Shown here in pieces: positions 55,114-64,000 of a stretch of 64,000 nt of DNA (positions are counted from its first letter, which is position 1; every line of letters starts with the position of its first letter). This stretch comes from a virus. Where the stretch lies: the IMG/VR virus record IMGVR_UViG_3300044616_001452; one strand, given 5' to 3'. Under the pieces are notes generated by a model that did not search any database, was not told the origin of the DNA, and saw nothing but the letters and a program-made list of their open reading frames with translations. A program made the position numbers and the translations under genes.

Positions 55114-55487
55114 TGGACTTAAAAAAGATTGATCCTAGTTTATATGACGGTGTTGATTTTTATCGTCAAGACAATCAATCAATTAATATTTCGGCATTTA
55201 AACTAATAGAAACAGGTAATAAAAAAGACGGCTCGCCAATGGGCGATTTGTATGATATTATCATATTTCCTGATGTAAACAAAAAACCTTCTTTGCCAGA
55301 AAGATTTCAAGCAATATTAACTTCACCTTTAGATTATGTGGAAAGAATGGTTGAAAGTGGTTTTCTTGGTGTTGTTGTGCGAGCAACAGACACCTCTGAT
55401 GACTACATGAAAGAAGTTTTCGATGAAATTAATGAAAACATGACTGTTTGTATTAAAAACTATGAGGAACGTGAAAATGTTAAATAA
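55110..55487 (+). CDS. Hypothetical protein
   Basis: ORF coupled to its neighbours. Confidence 0.7.
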   Translation: MMDLKKIDPSLYDGVDFYRQDNQSINISAFKLIETGNKKDGSPMGDLYDIIIFPDVNKKPSLPERFQAILTSPLDYVERMVESGFLGVVVRATDTSDDYMKEVFDEINENMTVCIKNYEERENVK

Positions 55488-55755
55488 GTATGAACTTAAA
55501 GAAGTTTTGCAAAATTCGGTTGTTACTGTTGTTTTCACGAAGGTTGACGGAACAGAAAGAGTGATGAATTGTACGTTGCTCCCGGAATACATTCCACAAG
55601 TTGTTGCAGAAAAACAACAACTTTTGACAGAAAGCTTGCCAAAAGCTGAAAATCCTAATACCATATCTGTATGGGACGTAGAAAGCAATGGTTGGCGTTC
55701 ATTCCGTATTGACTCTGTAAAGACTGTAACTAAAAATGAGACTCACATCCGTTAA
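55477..55755 (+). CDS. WYL-like/SH3-fold protein
   Basis: V.FTKVDGTER.M.CTL; VWD....WRSFRID. Confidence 0.75.
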   Translation: MLNKYELKEVLQNSVVTVVFTKVDGTERVMNCTLLPEYIPQVVAEKQQLLTESLPKAENPNTISVWDVESNGWRSFRIDSVKTVTKNETHIR

Positions 55756-56824
55756 AGATTATGAAAAGGTACTTTCAGGTGGTGAACCCACCTGGAAGAA
55801 TGGCGAATCATCTATTGTCAAAGCATTGAATTGGTACAACTATCATTCAGATTCAAAAGATAGTAAAAAGTACACTATTCATTATCTCAAAGAAAATAAA
55901 ACCAAAAAAGAAACACTCGATTTGATCGAAAAGGCTCCAGAGGACCTTTTTTCAAATCTTGGTTTTGTTTGCCGTATTAAAATGCGTGGCGGTCCAATTA
56001 CTGAAAATAATCAGAAATGGATTGATACGACAATTCAAAGCATAGCAAAAAAAGTTCAGCCTGTTATAAAAGTAAAGGCAGAAGAAGTCAAGACTGTATC
56101 AATTCAAGATCGAATTCAAGAAAAATCAAAAGAAATAATTGGTGAACTTGAAAGTATTGTTGATGATTGCTTTTCTGTTCGTGATTTTGATGCAGTTGAT
56201 CCGTATGAAATCATGCAAACACTCTCCGTAAAAGGTGTTCACGCCAATCATATCATTTCCTTTTTTAAGACTCGTGTATCTGAATTTGAAGAAGTGCTTT
56301 CAAGCAAAGATTCGCAATTGATTGAAGGTTATTCAAACTTTTCAAAAAGTGAACTCAAACAATATCTTGCATATCTTAAAAGAATCATTTCTGATGCGGA
56401 ACGAATCACTCATGTAAATAAGTTGACACGGGCTCCTCGAAAGAAAAAAGCTAAACCTGTCGATAAAGTGATTTCAAAATTGCAATTCAAAAAAGAAGAC
56501 TCAGAATACAAAGTCGCATCGGTGAACCCAGCGGATATTGTAGGCTGCACTCAACTTTGGGTGTTCAATACGAAGACACGTAAAGTCGGTGTGTACAATT
56601 CAATCGACGATGCTGGGCTTTCGGTAAAGGGTACTACAATCATCAATTTCAACGAATCAACCTCCGTACAAAAAACTCTTAGAAAGCCTGAAGTGTCTCT
56701 TCCTGAACTTATCAAAGCCGGTAAAGTTACACTTCGTAAATTTTTGAGTAATATCAATGCAGTCGAACAGTCGTTGACAGGAAGAATTAATTCTGATACT
56801 ATTCTTGTCAGGATTATCAAATAA
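55736..56824 (+). CDS. Conserved T4-like hypothetical protein
   Basis: ALNWYNY; LWVFNTKTRK; VKGTT; KTLRKP; GRIN. Confidence 0.8.
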   Translation: MRLTSVKDYEKVLSGGEPTWKNGESSIVKALNWYNYHSDSKDSKKYTIHYLKENKTKKETLDLIEKAPEDLFSNLGFVCRIKMRGGPITENNQKWIDTTIQSIAKKVQPVIKVKAEEVKTVSIQDRIQEKSKEIIGELESIVDDCFSVRDFDAVDPYEIMQTLSVKGVHANHIISFFKTRVSEFEEVLSSKDSQLIEGYSNFSKSELKQYLAYLKRIISDAERITHVNKLTRAPRKKKAKPVDKVISKLQFKKEDSEYKVASVNPADIVGCTQLWVFNTKTRKVGVYNSIDDAGLSVKGTTIINFNESTSVQKTLRKPEVSLPELIKAGKVTLRKFLSNINAVEQSLTGRINSDTILVRIIK

Positions 56825-56832
56825 AGGTTATC

Positions 56833-57675
56833 ATGATTTTAATTGATCTCAATCAGGTTCTATTGTCTGGCATCATGGCACAAATTTCCGACAATAAAAC
56901 CAAAATAGAAGAAGGGCTTGTTCGCCATCTTGTTTTGAATGTACTTCGCACACATATCAAACAGTTCAAAACTGAATATGGTGATGTTATTCTCTGTTGT
57001 GATAATAAAAACTATTGGCGCAAAGAATACTTTCCTTATTACAAAGCTGGGCGCAAAAAAGCGCGAGAAAAGACCGATCTTGACTGGCATCTGATTTTTC
57101 AAATTCTTGGTGAAATTAAAAAAGAATTGAAACTTTATTTCCCATATCGCGTACTTGATATTGATGGTGCAGAAGCCGACGATATCATTGGCACACTTGC
57201 CGCAAAATATGCAACCCGTGAAAAGGTACTCATCATCTCAAGTGATGGCGACTTTCTTCAACTGCAAATAAACAAGAATGTTAAACAATACAATCCTGTT
57301 TTGAAAAAATATATCAAGTCGGATAATCCCGTTCTTGATCTAAAAGAAAAGATTATCAAGGGTGACAAAGGCGATGGTATTCCAAACATCATTTCACCCT
57401 CTAATTGTTTCATCATGGAACAAAGGCAAAAGCCCATCACTAAAAACAAACTGAGTGATTTTCTTGATACGCACCATTCTTTTTACGAAGAATCTGCAAG
57501 GCTCGGTTTTTCCCGCAATCAAACATTGATTGATCTTAGTTTTACACCACAAAATATCAAAGACCAAATCAATGAAGCTTTTGAAAACACAAAGCCGGCA
57601 CCCAAGTCTGCTTTGATTAATTACTTCATGGAAAAGAAACTTAAAAACCTAATGGATGTTATCGAGGAATTTTAA
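56833..57675 (+). CDS. rnh: T4-type RNase H / 5'-3' exonuclease
   Basis: WRK..FPYYK..R; EADDII; SSDGDF.QL; GD.GDGIPN. Confidence 0.94.
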   Translation: MILIDLNQVLLSGIMAQISDNKTKIEEGLVRHLVLNVLRTHIKQFKTEYGDVILCCDNKNYWRKEYFPYYKAGRKKAREKTDLDWHLIFQILGEIKKELKLYFPYRVLDIDGAEADDIIGTLAAKYATREKVLIISSDGDFLQLQINKNVKQYNPVLKKYIKSDNPVLDLKEKIIKGDKGDGIPNIISPSNCFIMEQRQKPITKNKLSDFLDTHHSFYEESARLGFSRNQTLIDLSFTPQNIKDQINEAFENTKPAPKSALINYFMEKKLKNLMDVIEEF

Positions 57676-58097
57676 TGAGAAAAAACATTTATGAAATTTT
57701 TGATGAGTTTGAACTCGCAAAAACAAAAAAAGATAAAATTGATGTTCTAGCAAAACATTGGTCGCCAACACTTAAACTGGTTTTGCAACTTGCATATCGA
57801 CCAGAAGTTCAGTGGAAGTACAACAAATATCCGGAAGAATACCGACCTCAAAGCACTGTAGAAGGAATTTCTTTTGCATCACTTGATACAGAACTAAAGA
57901 GGCTGTATATTTTTCAAAAAGGAAATCCAACCGCAGAGAAACTAACCGAAAAAAGAAGTAAAGAACTTCTTATTTTGGTTCTAGAATCTCTTGAACCACG
58001 TGAAGCGGATGTTGTTATGAATATTTTTAAAAAGGATCTGGATGTGAAAGGATTGACAGTTAAGTTTATCCGTGATAACATTCCAGGAGTCTTGTAA
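57675..58097 (+). CDS. Conserved hypothetical protein
   Basis: LY.F.KG, LESL.P.EA pattern seen after rnh in T4-like phages. Confidence 0.75.
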   Translation: MRKNIYEIFDEFELAKTKKDKIDVLAKHWSPTLKLVLQLAYRPEVQWKYNKYPEEYRPQSTVEGISFASLDTELKRLYIFQKGNPTAEKLTEKRSKELLILVLESLEPREADVVMNIFKKDLDVKGLTVKFIRDNIPGVL

Positions 58098-58118
58098 ATT
58101 AACTACGGAGTATAATAA

Positions 58119-58316
58119 GTGTCAAAATTCGTTGGAAAGTTTCGTCAAAATCGTAACTATATGGACGATGATGATTATTCAAAGGGCTTCTCTAAAAATA
58201 AAAAACGCAAAAAAGATGAATATCGAGAAATGCGTAAAATGAAAATGCGAAATCAGGATGATGACGCATATGGTTATGATGATCATGAAACACCAAAACG
58301 AATGAAATCGTATTAA
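58119..58316 (+). CDS. Small charged hypothetical protein
   Basis: GGAG RBS; GTG start. Confidence 0.6.
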   Translation: MSKFVGKFRQNRNYMDDDDYSKGFSKNKKRKKDEYREMRKMKMRNQDDDAYGYDDHETPKRMKSY

Positions 58317-58356
58317 AAAAACAACACTTGACAGGATCCGTCGGATGTGCTAGAAT
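58310..58356 (+). promoter_or_regulatory. Sigma70-type promoter with degenerate upstream CAAC box
   Basis: GTATtaaaaaaaCAAC; TTGACA-17-TAGAAT. Confidence 0.75.
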
Positions 58357-58379
58357 AGCAGTTCGACGGAGAATACATT

Positions 58380-58712
58380 ATGCTAATCTACACTGCGACT
58401 CAAAAGTCAAAGCACAAACTCGCGCCTAAAAAAGAGCGAGAAGAATATGATGCTTGGCTCAAAAAACATCAGACCAATCGAGTTATTAAACCTATTACTG
58501 CAAAACCAAAATATGAACTAAAAGTACCTCCTGGTCGGTCTACGACAAAACACATTCCATCTGTGGATTCTGGGCTTTCCTTTGCGGCTGCTGCACCTCG
58601 CAAAGTTTACACTGGAGATAAAATCATCGGAATCGGCACTTTGCACAAATCCAATGCTGTTCCAATTTTTTCCGATGAAGAAGCCAAAGATATTGCTAAA
58701 ATGAGGAGGTAA
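58380..58712 (+). CDS. Conserved hypothetical protein
   Basis: YTG..IIGIGTLHKSNAVP.F....A.DIAKMRR. Confidence 0.75.
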   Translation: MLIYTATQKSKHKLAPKKEREEYDAWLKKHQTNRVIKPITAKPKYELKVPPGRSTTKHIPSVDSGLSFAAAAPRKVYTGDKIIGIGTLHKSNAVPIFSDEEAKDIAKMRR

Positions 58713-58713
58713 C

Positions 58714-58950
58714 ATGAACGAAAAATTTGAAGATATGCAACCCTGGCAACAACTGACACGAATTATTGATTCTTGGATCAATCCTTTTGTGGGCTTTTGT
58801 ACTATTGAAGATGCACCTGACGGTTCTGGTGACGGAATTCTGACTTTTCCTGATGGATTCTGTGAAAAAGTGGGCTGGGAAGAGGGAGACACAATAAATA
58901 TTGAAGCTCCAGGTGACGGAACGCTTGTTTTGACAAAAAAACAACAGTAA
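58714..58950 (+). CDS. AbrB/MazE-like DNA-binding protein
   Basis: ILTFP......VGW.EGD.I.I......LVL. Confidence 0.6.
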   Translation: MNEKFEDMQPWQQLTRIIDSWINPFVGFCTIEDAPDGSGDGILTFPDGFCEKVGWEEGDTINIEAPGDGTLVLTKKQQ

Positions 58951-59036
58951 AACTCGTAAAAACTCAAAAAACTTGACTTTTTTGTCGAAAATTGCTAAAA
59001 TTTCACTCAAGTAAGCAATTTTAACAAGGAAAAGTG

Positions 59037-61190
59037 ATGCTTCTTCAATCAAAATCAAATCTTGCTCGTCTGATGGCTACGGAAAACATTTTCATCGAGC
59101 AAAAAAAAGTTTCAACTGCGTTTTTTGACCTAGAAAATCGCACTTTGACAATTCCTGTGCTAAACGGAAAACTCTCCGCTGAACTTTATGACCTTTTGCT
59201 TGGGCATGAAGTCGGGCATGCGCTGGAAACTCCAAAAGAAGGCTGGCATCATTCTGTTGTCGATCTAAAAGTCAATCGTACCATACTCAACGTATGCGAA
59301 GATGCGCGTATCGAGAAAAAAATCAAACGCAAATTTCCTGGAATTCGCCCATCCTTTCTGAAAGGTTACCGCGAACTCATGGATATGGACTTTTTTGGTG
59401 TTAAAGGGCATGATCTGAATTATCTTAACTTTATTGACAGGCTCAACCTGTACACTAAAGGCGGTTCAGCGCAGGGGATTGAATTTCTTCCTGTTGAAGA
59501 AGAACTTCTACGCGAGGTTGAAGAAACAGAAACCTTCGATGAAGTTGTCAAAGTCGCGCTTAAAATTCAAGAGTATATGAAACAATCGGCCGAAGAAGAA
59601 AAGAATCTTTCTTTGACTGATATATTCATTGATCTGGATGAACTCGAAGAATCAGATTATGATGAAGGTGATGACTTTTATGAGGATGTTTTTGAAGTAG
59701 GCGGCTCAAAAAGCAACAGCAAAGAGAATAAGAGTAAAGAGGATAAGAAATCCAAACTCCGTGGTGCTGGGCTTGACGGTTCAATCGATTCAGAAACCGA
59801 CAAAACTTTCCGTGAAAAGGAAAACCTTCTTCGTGATTCTTCATCACGTTATGGTTCAGTCTATGCTAACATTCCAAAATTGAACTTGGAAAATATCATC
59901 GTTCCATATTCCTATTTGATGAATGAGTTTGACAATGAAAACAAAAAATATTCTTTTTATTCACTAAACGAATATATTTCAAACTTCAACAAATTCAAAA
60001 ACGAAAGTAGTAAAGTTGTTTCTTACCTTGTCAAAGAGTTCGAACTTCGTAAGAATGCGGAACAACAATCGAAAGTTCGCATTTCTAAGACTGGCGATTT
60101 GAACATGAACCGTATTCATGAGTATAAATTGACCGATGATATCTTTGCGCGCCTTGCATCAGTGCCCAATGGTAAGTCACATGGGCTTATCATGTTCATT
60201 GATTGGTCTGGTTCGATGACGAATCATATGAATAATACGGTAAGGCAACTTTTGAATCTTGTTTTATTCTGCAAGAAAATCAATATTCCGTTTGATGTAT
60301 ATGGTTTCTCGACACACCTTACACTTGAAAGGAGTATGAGAATTAATGATAATGAAGATATCTTGAGCAAAGAGGTAAAGATTGGTGATCTTAGCCCAAA
60401 TCCTTTTTCTCTTCTTCATTTGCTTTCAAGTAAAATGAAAGTTCGTGAGTTTACGAAAATGTGTTCAATTCTTCTTGGGCTTGGTGCGAAGCTTTCACGT
60501 ACACAGATTGGTAAGCCACTTGAAAATGGTTTAGACATGTCGGTTCCAAACATTCTTTCGTTGTCGGGTACTCCTTTGAACGAAGCCATTCTTGCTTGTT
60601 TTGAAATTATTCCAAAATTCAAGACCGACAATAAGGTACAGGTTGTCAATACGGTGTTTCTGACTGATGGTGAAGGTTCGACCATTTATGGATATTATGA
60701 AGAGCAAAATGCAAGAAAGTTAAAAGGTTTCAATAATTACCGTGATCGAATCATCTTTCGTGATCCGGTGACAAAAGCAATTGCAGAAGTGTATGATACG
60801 ATTGGTAATCCTTCCACCCAGGGCACTGACCAATCGATTGCGCTTTTGAGATTGTTGAAACAGCGGACCGACAGTAACATCGTTGGTTTCTATATCACTT
60901 CAAGTCAAGATGCTCGCGCTTCAATTTCGAACTTCATTACAAGAGAAGAAAAGAAGTCAATTGATACTTTTATGTCAGAGTTTCGCCGAAACAAGTATGC
61001 GATCTTGCAGAATGCTGGATTTGACGAATATTACTTTCTTCGTTCAAACGATTTGGTTATCGATGACGAGAATGATTTTGAAGTCTCATCAACGACAACC
61101 CGAGCATTGGTCAGCGCATTTTCTAAATATACGACCAATCGAATTACAAATCGTATTGTACTTAATCGTTTTATTCAATTGATTGCATAG
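59037..61190 (+). CDS. Metallopeptidase-like plus vWA (CobT-like) protein
   Basis: HEVGHAL, N..EDARIE; MIDAS DWSGSM, GTPLNE, FLTDGE; promoter TTGACT-17-TAAAAT upstream. Confidence 0.8.
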   Translation: MLLQSKSNLARLMATENIFIEQKKVSTAFFDLENRTLTIPVLNGKLSAELYDLLLGHEVGHALETPKEGWHHSVVDLKVNRTILNVCEDARIEKKIKRKFPGIRPSFLKGYRELMDMDFFGVKGHDLNYLNFIDRLNLYTKGGSAQGIEFLPVEEELLREVEETETFDEVVKVALKIQEYMKQSAEEEKNLSLTDIFIDLDELEESDYDEGDDFYEDVFEVGGSKSNSKENKSKEDKKSKLRGAGLDGSIDSETDKTFREKENLLRDSSSRYGSVYANIPKLNLENIIVPYSYLMNEFDNENKKYSFYSLNEYISNFNKFKNESSKVVSYLVKEFELRKNAEQQSKVRISKTGDLNMNRIHEYKLTDDIFARLASVPNGKSHGLIMFIDWSGSMTNHMNNTVRQLLNLVLFCKKINIPFDVYGFSTHLTLERSMRINDNEDILSKEVKIGDLSPNPFSLLHLLSSKMKVREFTKMCSILLGLGAKLSRTQIGKPLENGLDMSVPNILSLSGTPLNEAILACFEIIPKFKTDNKVQVVNTVFLTDGEGSTIYGYYEEQNARKLKGFNNYRDRIIFRDPVTKAIAEVYDTIGNPSTQGTDQSIALLRLLKQRTDSNIVGFYITSSQDARASISNFITREEKKSIDTFMSEFRRNKYAILQNAGFDEYYFLRSNDLVIDDENDFEVSSTTTRALVSAFSKYTTNRITNRIVLNRFIQLIA

Positions 61191-61197
61191 GAAAATT

Positions 61198-61749
61198 ATG
61201 ATTCATATTCATCGAAATGTATTGTCGGATGAACTCATTGACAGACTGTTTGCGTGGAACGAAGAAACAAAAGGTGGTGACGTATGGGCATCCAATCAGG
61301 CCAAATGGTTGGATGTTCTGAAGTATGCTACGACGGGAACGATTCTTTCCAGAGTTTTACCTGACAATTTTAAGAACGACATTTTCAATGACCTCTATCA
61401 AAGAGGAAAGATTGATTGGATGCCGCATACTGCATCGGCGCTTTTTTACATGGGCTTTCCACTTTCCTGTGTAAACTGGCATCCAGACTTTCCCGATTTT
61501 GATGCAATGTCGATTTATCTAAGTAAAGAGTGGGATTCAAATTGGGGTGGTTGGTTTGCATGGACCGATGAGCGAGCCGGAAATGATCTGACGCAACCGG
61601 CGTTTAATGTTCCGTATGGTAAGTTTTTTGTACCTAGTTACAATTCAGCCATACATTCGACGAACACCGAGTGGCATTGTACGACGCCCATTTCACCAAA
61701 AGCACCAGTTAGATATTCGATTCAACTTTGGTTCTCAAAAAAGTCATAA
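61198..61749 (+). CDS. 2OG-Fe(II) oxygenase (prolyl-hydroxylase-like)
   Basis: WHPD, IYL..W..NWGG, P.YN, H, RYSIQ. Confidence 0.75.
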   Translation: MIHIHRNVLSDELIDRLFAWNEETKGGDVWASNQAKWLDVLKYATTGTILSRVLPDNFKNDIFNDLYQRGKIDWMPHTASALFYMGFPLSCVNWHPDFPDFDAMSIYLSKEWDSNWGGWFAWTDERAGNDLTQPAFNVPYGKFFVPSYNSAIHSTNTEWHCTTPISPKAPVRYSIQLWFSKKS

Positions 61750-61755
61750 TCTATA

Positions 61756-62181
61756 ATGCCTGACGATCAGAAATATTTCAAAGCTCATCTGATTAGGTAT
61801 CGTGATCCAGACTCAGAGGATTATATCTGGTTCTGGATTCATCCTTCTACAGGTAGAAAGATATCAGGTGACTTTCTAAACCAAGAAGACGCCGAGATAT
61901 GGTTCAAAGAAGTCATGGAAATCCACACTCAAACAAACGACCTTATTGCCAGAGCAAGATATGGCAAGTTTTTCAAACTCAAAGCAACCCTAGATGAACC
62001 TTACATTTTAAAACCAAACTGCCCCTTTTACTTTACAGTCGAAGACGGTAACCTCCTTTCAATACGAATCCTCGCTTTAGATATAAAAGAAGCCCAAGCC
62101 CGTACCAGAGAATACTTTAGAGTCAAAGAATGGATTAAAGGTAATCCAAAGAAAAAACCCGAGGAAAAGAAAAATGACTGA
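61756..62181 (+). CDS. Hypothetical protein
   Basis: ORF within an operon. Confidence 0.65.
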   Translation: MPDDQKYFKAHLIRYRDPDSEDYIWFWIHPSTGRKISGDFLNQEDAEIWFKEVMEIHTQTNDLIARARYGKFFKLKATLDEPYILKPNCPFYFTVEDGNLLSIRILALDIKEAQARTREYFRVKEWIKGNPKKKPEEKKND

Positions 62182-62371
62182 TGTTAAACCTGACGATAAA
62201 AGCGATGATCAACTCCGTCAAGTAGTAGAAGAATGCATTAAAGTGATTGAAAGTACCAACCTTGGTGATACAGCCCGTACATCCTACGATACTTCACTGG
62301 TAGAATACACCCGCCAGAGATTTATACGTGATATACGAAAACGATTCAATCTAACTAACAGTAACTACTAG
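62174..62371 (+). CDS. Hypothetical protein
   Basis: ORF with RBS, overlapping the upstream stop. Confidence 0.6.
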   Translation: MTDVKPDDKSDDQLRQVVEECIKVIESTNLGDTARTSYDTSLVEYTRQRFIRDIRKRFNLTNSNY

Positions 62372-62383
62372 GAGTAAAAAGAA

Positions 62384-62614
62384 ATGACCGAAGTTAAAGA
62401 TATCTCAACCGAAACAAAAACCTGCAAAATCTACCAAGATGCGAATGGTACGTATGTAGTAGAATTTATCAATGGTGAACTCGCAGTAATGGCTGGAGCA
62501 TTCTCAACAGTAGAGAAAGCCGAAGAAAAAGGAAATGAACTGCTCGTCGCCGAACATGTCTCTGGTGAAATGCTGGTTGGTGATGTATTACCCACTGAAG
62601 CCTCCACTGAATAA
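62384..62614 (+). CDS. Hypothetical acidic protein
   Basis: AGGAG RBS. Confidence 0.65.
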   Translation: MTEVKDISTETKTCKIYQDANGTYVVEFINGELAVMAGAFSTVEKAEEKGNELLVAEHVSGEMLVGDVLPTEASTE

Positions 62615-62625
62615 CTCTGGGCTAC

Positions 62626-62688
62626 TCTGGGGCCCCTGAAAAAAATTCCGTATTAGGAAAAATCGAAAATTTGTGAGGGGGCCCCAGA
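62626..62688 (+). repeat. Inverted repeat with GGGGCCCC palindromes in an intergenic region
   Basis: TCTGGGGCCCC (62626-62636) / GGGGCCCCAGA (62678-62688) flanking A-tracts. Confidence 0.7.
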
Positions 62689-62779
62689 AAATAAATTTTT
62701 AAAAAAAAGAGTTTGGGCCATAGCACGAAATTACTTACACCACGTAATTTTTACGCAACTGGCCCCCTAATTTTAAGCT

Positions 62780-62837
62780 GTCGCCAAAAAACAACACTTT
62801 CCACCACATTTGCCACAACCTCTGGTTCCTGTATACT
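62780..62837 (+). promoter_or_regulatory. Early-type promoter, copy 1
   Basis: GTCG-N8-CAAC box; TTGCCA-caacctctggttcctg-TATACT; near-identical copy at 63594-63621. Confidence 0.75.
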
Positions 62838-62863
62838 TGGCACATATCAACACGGAGCCATCC

Positions 62864-63088
62864 ATGAGCACCAAAGCGAAACGTGAACTAGCCGATTCCC
62901 TCTCGAAAACCTTCGTCCTTGGCGTTAAGCGTAAGGCGTCCAAAAGCATCAACACCACCGAGATTGATCATGTGAACGCCTACAGTCTGGGCTACCTTGA
63001 GTCCTTCCTAGCCGGGCTGATGGCGTCCAACCCTAAGGTGATGGCTGAGGTAGTAGAGCGGATGAAAGCCCACGCCACCGAGGAGTAA
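62864..63088 (+). CDS. Hypothetical early protein
   Basis: GGAG RBS; AYSLGYLESFL motif. Confidence 0.7.
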   Translation: MSTKAKRELADSLSKTFVLGVKRKASKSINTTEIDHVNAYSLGYLESFLAGLMASNPKVMAEVVERMKAHATEE

Positions 63089-63091
63089 AGC

Positions 63092-63190
63092 ATGAGCCGA
63101 TTTGAAAACCTGTATCCCTATGCGATGGTCGCCACCTACATCCTGGTGGCGGTGGTTGCGGTACTTGACCTGTTTATCTGGAGACCATAA
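63092..63190 (+). CDS. Small membrane peptide (32 aa)
   Basis: AGGAG RBS; MSRFENLYPYAMVATYILVAVVAVLDLFIWRP. Confidence 0.6.
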   Translation: MSRFENLYPYAMVATYILVAVVAVLDLFIWRP

Positions 63191-63573
63191 TGAAACCGTT
63201 AATCTCTGAACGTAAAGCGAAGGCTGAAGCCAAAAGGATCCACGAATTGGCCGTAGCCAAGCACACTAAACACGGCGAGGTCCGGACTCGGAAGGAAATT
63301 GTCTCCGTGGTCAGCGAGATGGAAGATGGTTCGGAAATTGAAGCTTGGCGGATGGCTTCCGCGGCTGCGATTATGGTCTACGGTCCACGTGGTCCTAAAT
63401 GGTCTGCCGCGAGGAAGGCGGAATACGTGGAAAAAGCCAGGGCTGCAACCAGGTTGGTCCACTACCACCTCCACTCTTATATTGAAGAGTACAAAGCCAG
63501 GTTCGTGGCTTCCGCTGCGGAATGGGCTAGGAAGGAAAAGCTGAAAGAGGAAAAGCGAAAAGCTTCCAAATAA
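63190..63573 (+). CDS. Hypothetical basic protein
   Basis: GGAG RBS; TAATG coupling. Confidence 0.7.
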   Translation: MKPLISERKAKAEAKRIHELAVAKHTKHGEVRTRKEIVSVVSEMEDGSEIEAWRMASAAAIMVYGPRGPKWSAARKAEYVEKARAATRLVHYHLHSYIEEYKARFVASAAEWARKEKLKEEKRKASK

Positions 63574-63575
63574 GT

Positions 63576-63621
63576 GTTGTTCCCTGACAACACTTGCCAC
63601 AACCTCTGGCCCCTGTATACT
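63576..63621 (+). promoter_or_regulatory. Early-type promoter, copy 2
   Basis: GTTGttccctgaCAAC; TTGCCA-caacctctggcccctg-TATACT. Confidence 0.75.
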
Positions 63622-63655
63622 CCATTCCATACTGAAACGAAACGAAAGCGAAACG

Positions 63656-63733
63656 ATGAACATCCTTGACAAAGCCTTTGACCTCTTCCTCCTTCTGACC
63701 GGTGCGGTCGCCATTGTCTCCTTCACCATCTGA
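63656..63733 (+). CDS. Small hydrophobic peptide (25 aa)
   Basis: MNILDKAFDLFLLLTGAVAIVSFTI directly after a promoter; no SD. Confidence 0.4.
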   Translation: MNILDKAFDLFLLLTGAVAIVSFTI

Positions 63734-63753
63734 GCAAATCCGAGCAAAACACC

Positions 63754-63939
63754 ATGACGAAAAAACACTTTGAAGCCCTAGCAGATTCCATCCGTTGCAT
63801 TATGGACCCCCATGCTCGATTGCAAGCCGCCGTGGCTGTAGCCCATGCGGTTGGCAAGTTTAATCCGCGGTTCGATTACGACCAATTCTATGATGCCGCT
63901 GGCGTGGTCTTCACCAGCATCCAACCCAGCGAAAGGTGA
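63754..63939 (+). CDS. Hypothetical early protein
   Basis: MTKKHFEALA...NPRFD...F..A.G, a pattern common in small phage proteins. Confidence 0.7.
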   Translation: MTKKHFEALADSIRCIMDPHARLQAAVAVAHAVGKFNPRFDYDQFYDAAGVVFTSIQPSER

Positions 63940-64000
63940 TCAATATGACCTGGAATCTTGAAGGTAAGCGAGTTCGGGCCACCTATCTGGTGGATATGCC

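Noticed and set aside
58714-58950. Toxin-antitoxin pair around the AbrB/MazE-like gene
   Set aside because: No recognisable toxin gene is adjacent
63199-63768. 189-aa minus-strand ORF
   Set aside because: It is antisense to plus-strand genes that have promoters and RBSs; expected by chance in GC-richer DNA
1-64000. Stop-codon reassignment or suppressor tRNA
   Set aside because: Core genes are intact in the standard code and end in TAA, TGA or TAG; no CUA, UUA or UCA anticodon is present (the UAG and UAA anticodons are Leu)

Overview
This window is a 64-kb segment of a large, AT-rich T4-like phage. Rz/Rz1-type spanins and a GH19 endolysin point to a Gram-negative host. It carries the core replication and recombination genes (gp46 C-terminus, gp45, gp44, gp62, regA, gp43, uvsX, gp41, gp61, rnh) and nucleotide-metabolism genes (dNMP kinase, dCMP deaminase, thyX, nrdA/nrdB). 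It also has host-like genes (peptide deformylase, Hsp20, two 2OG-Fe(II) oxygenases, a PlcP/Agt-like lipid-remodelling pair), a glycosylation cluster, head-internal proteins and a lysis module. A GC-richer early-gene block begins near 62.8 kb. The most striking region is 12.5-17.1 kb: 26 tRNA genes, plus one at 10.6 kb, covering all 20 amino acids. The array is preceded by what looks like a ribosome-coupled transcription attenuator. Its 34-codon leader peptide contains 19 of the 20 amino acids, so it may sense failure of almost any tRNA. The array also holds a Sec-like class II tRNA with a UAU anticodon, four long-stem non-tRNA RNAs, boxA-like sites, and promoters preceded by a GTTG-N8-CAAC palindrome. 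All calls come from reading motifs by eye; no database searches were run.
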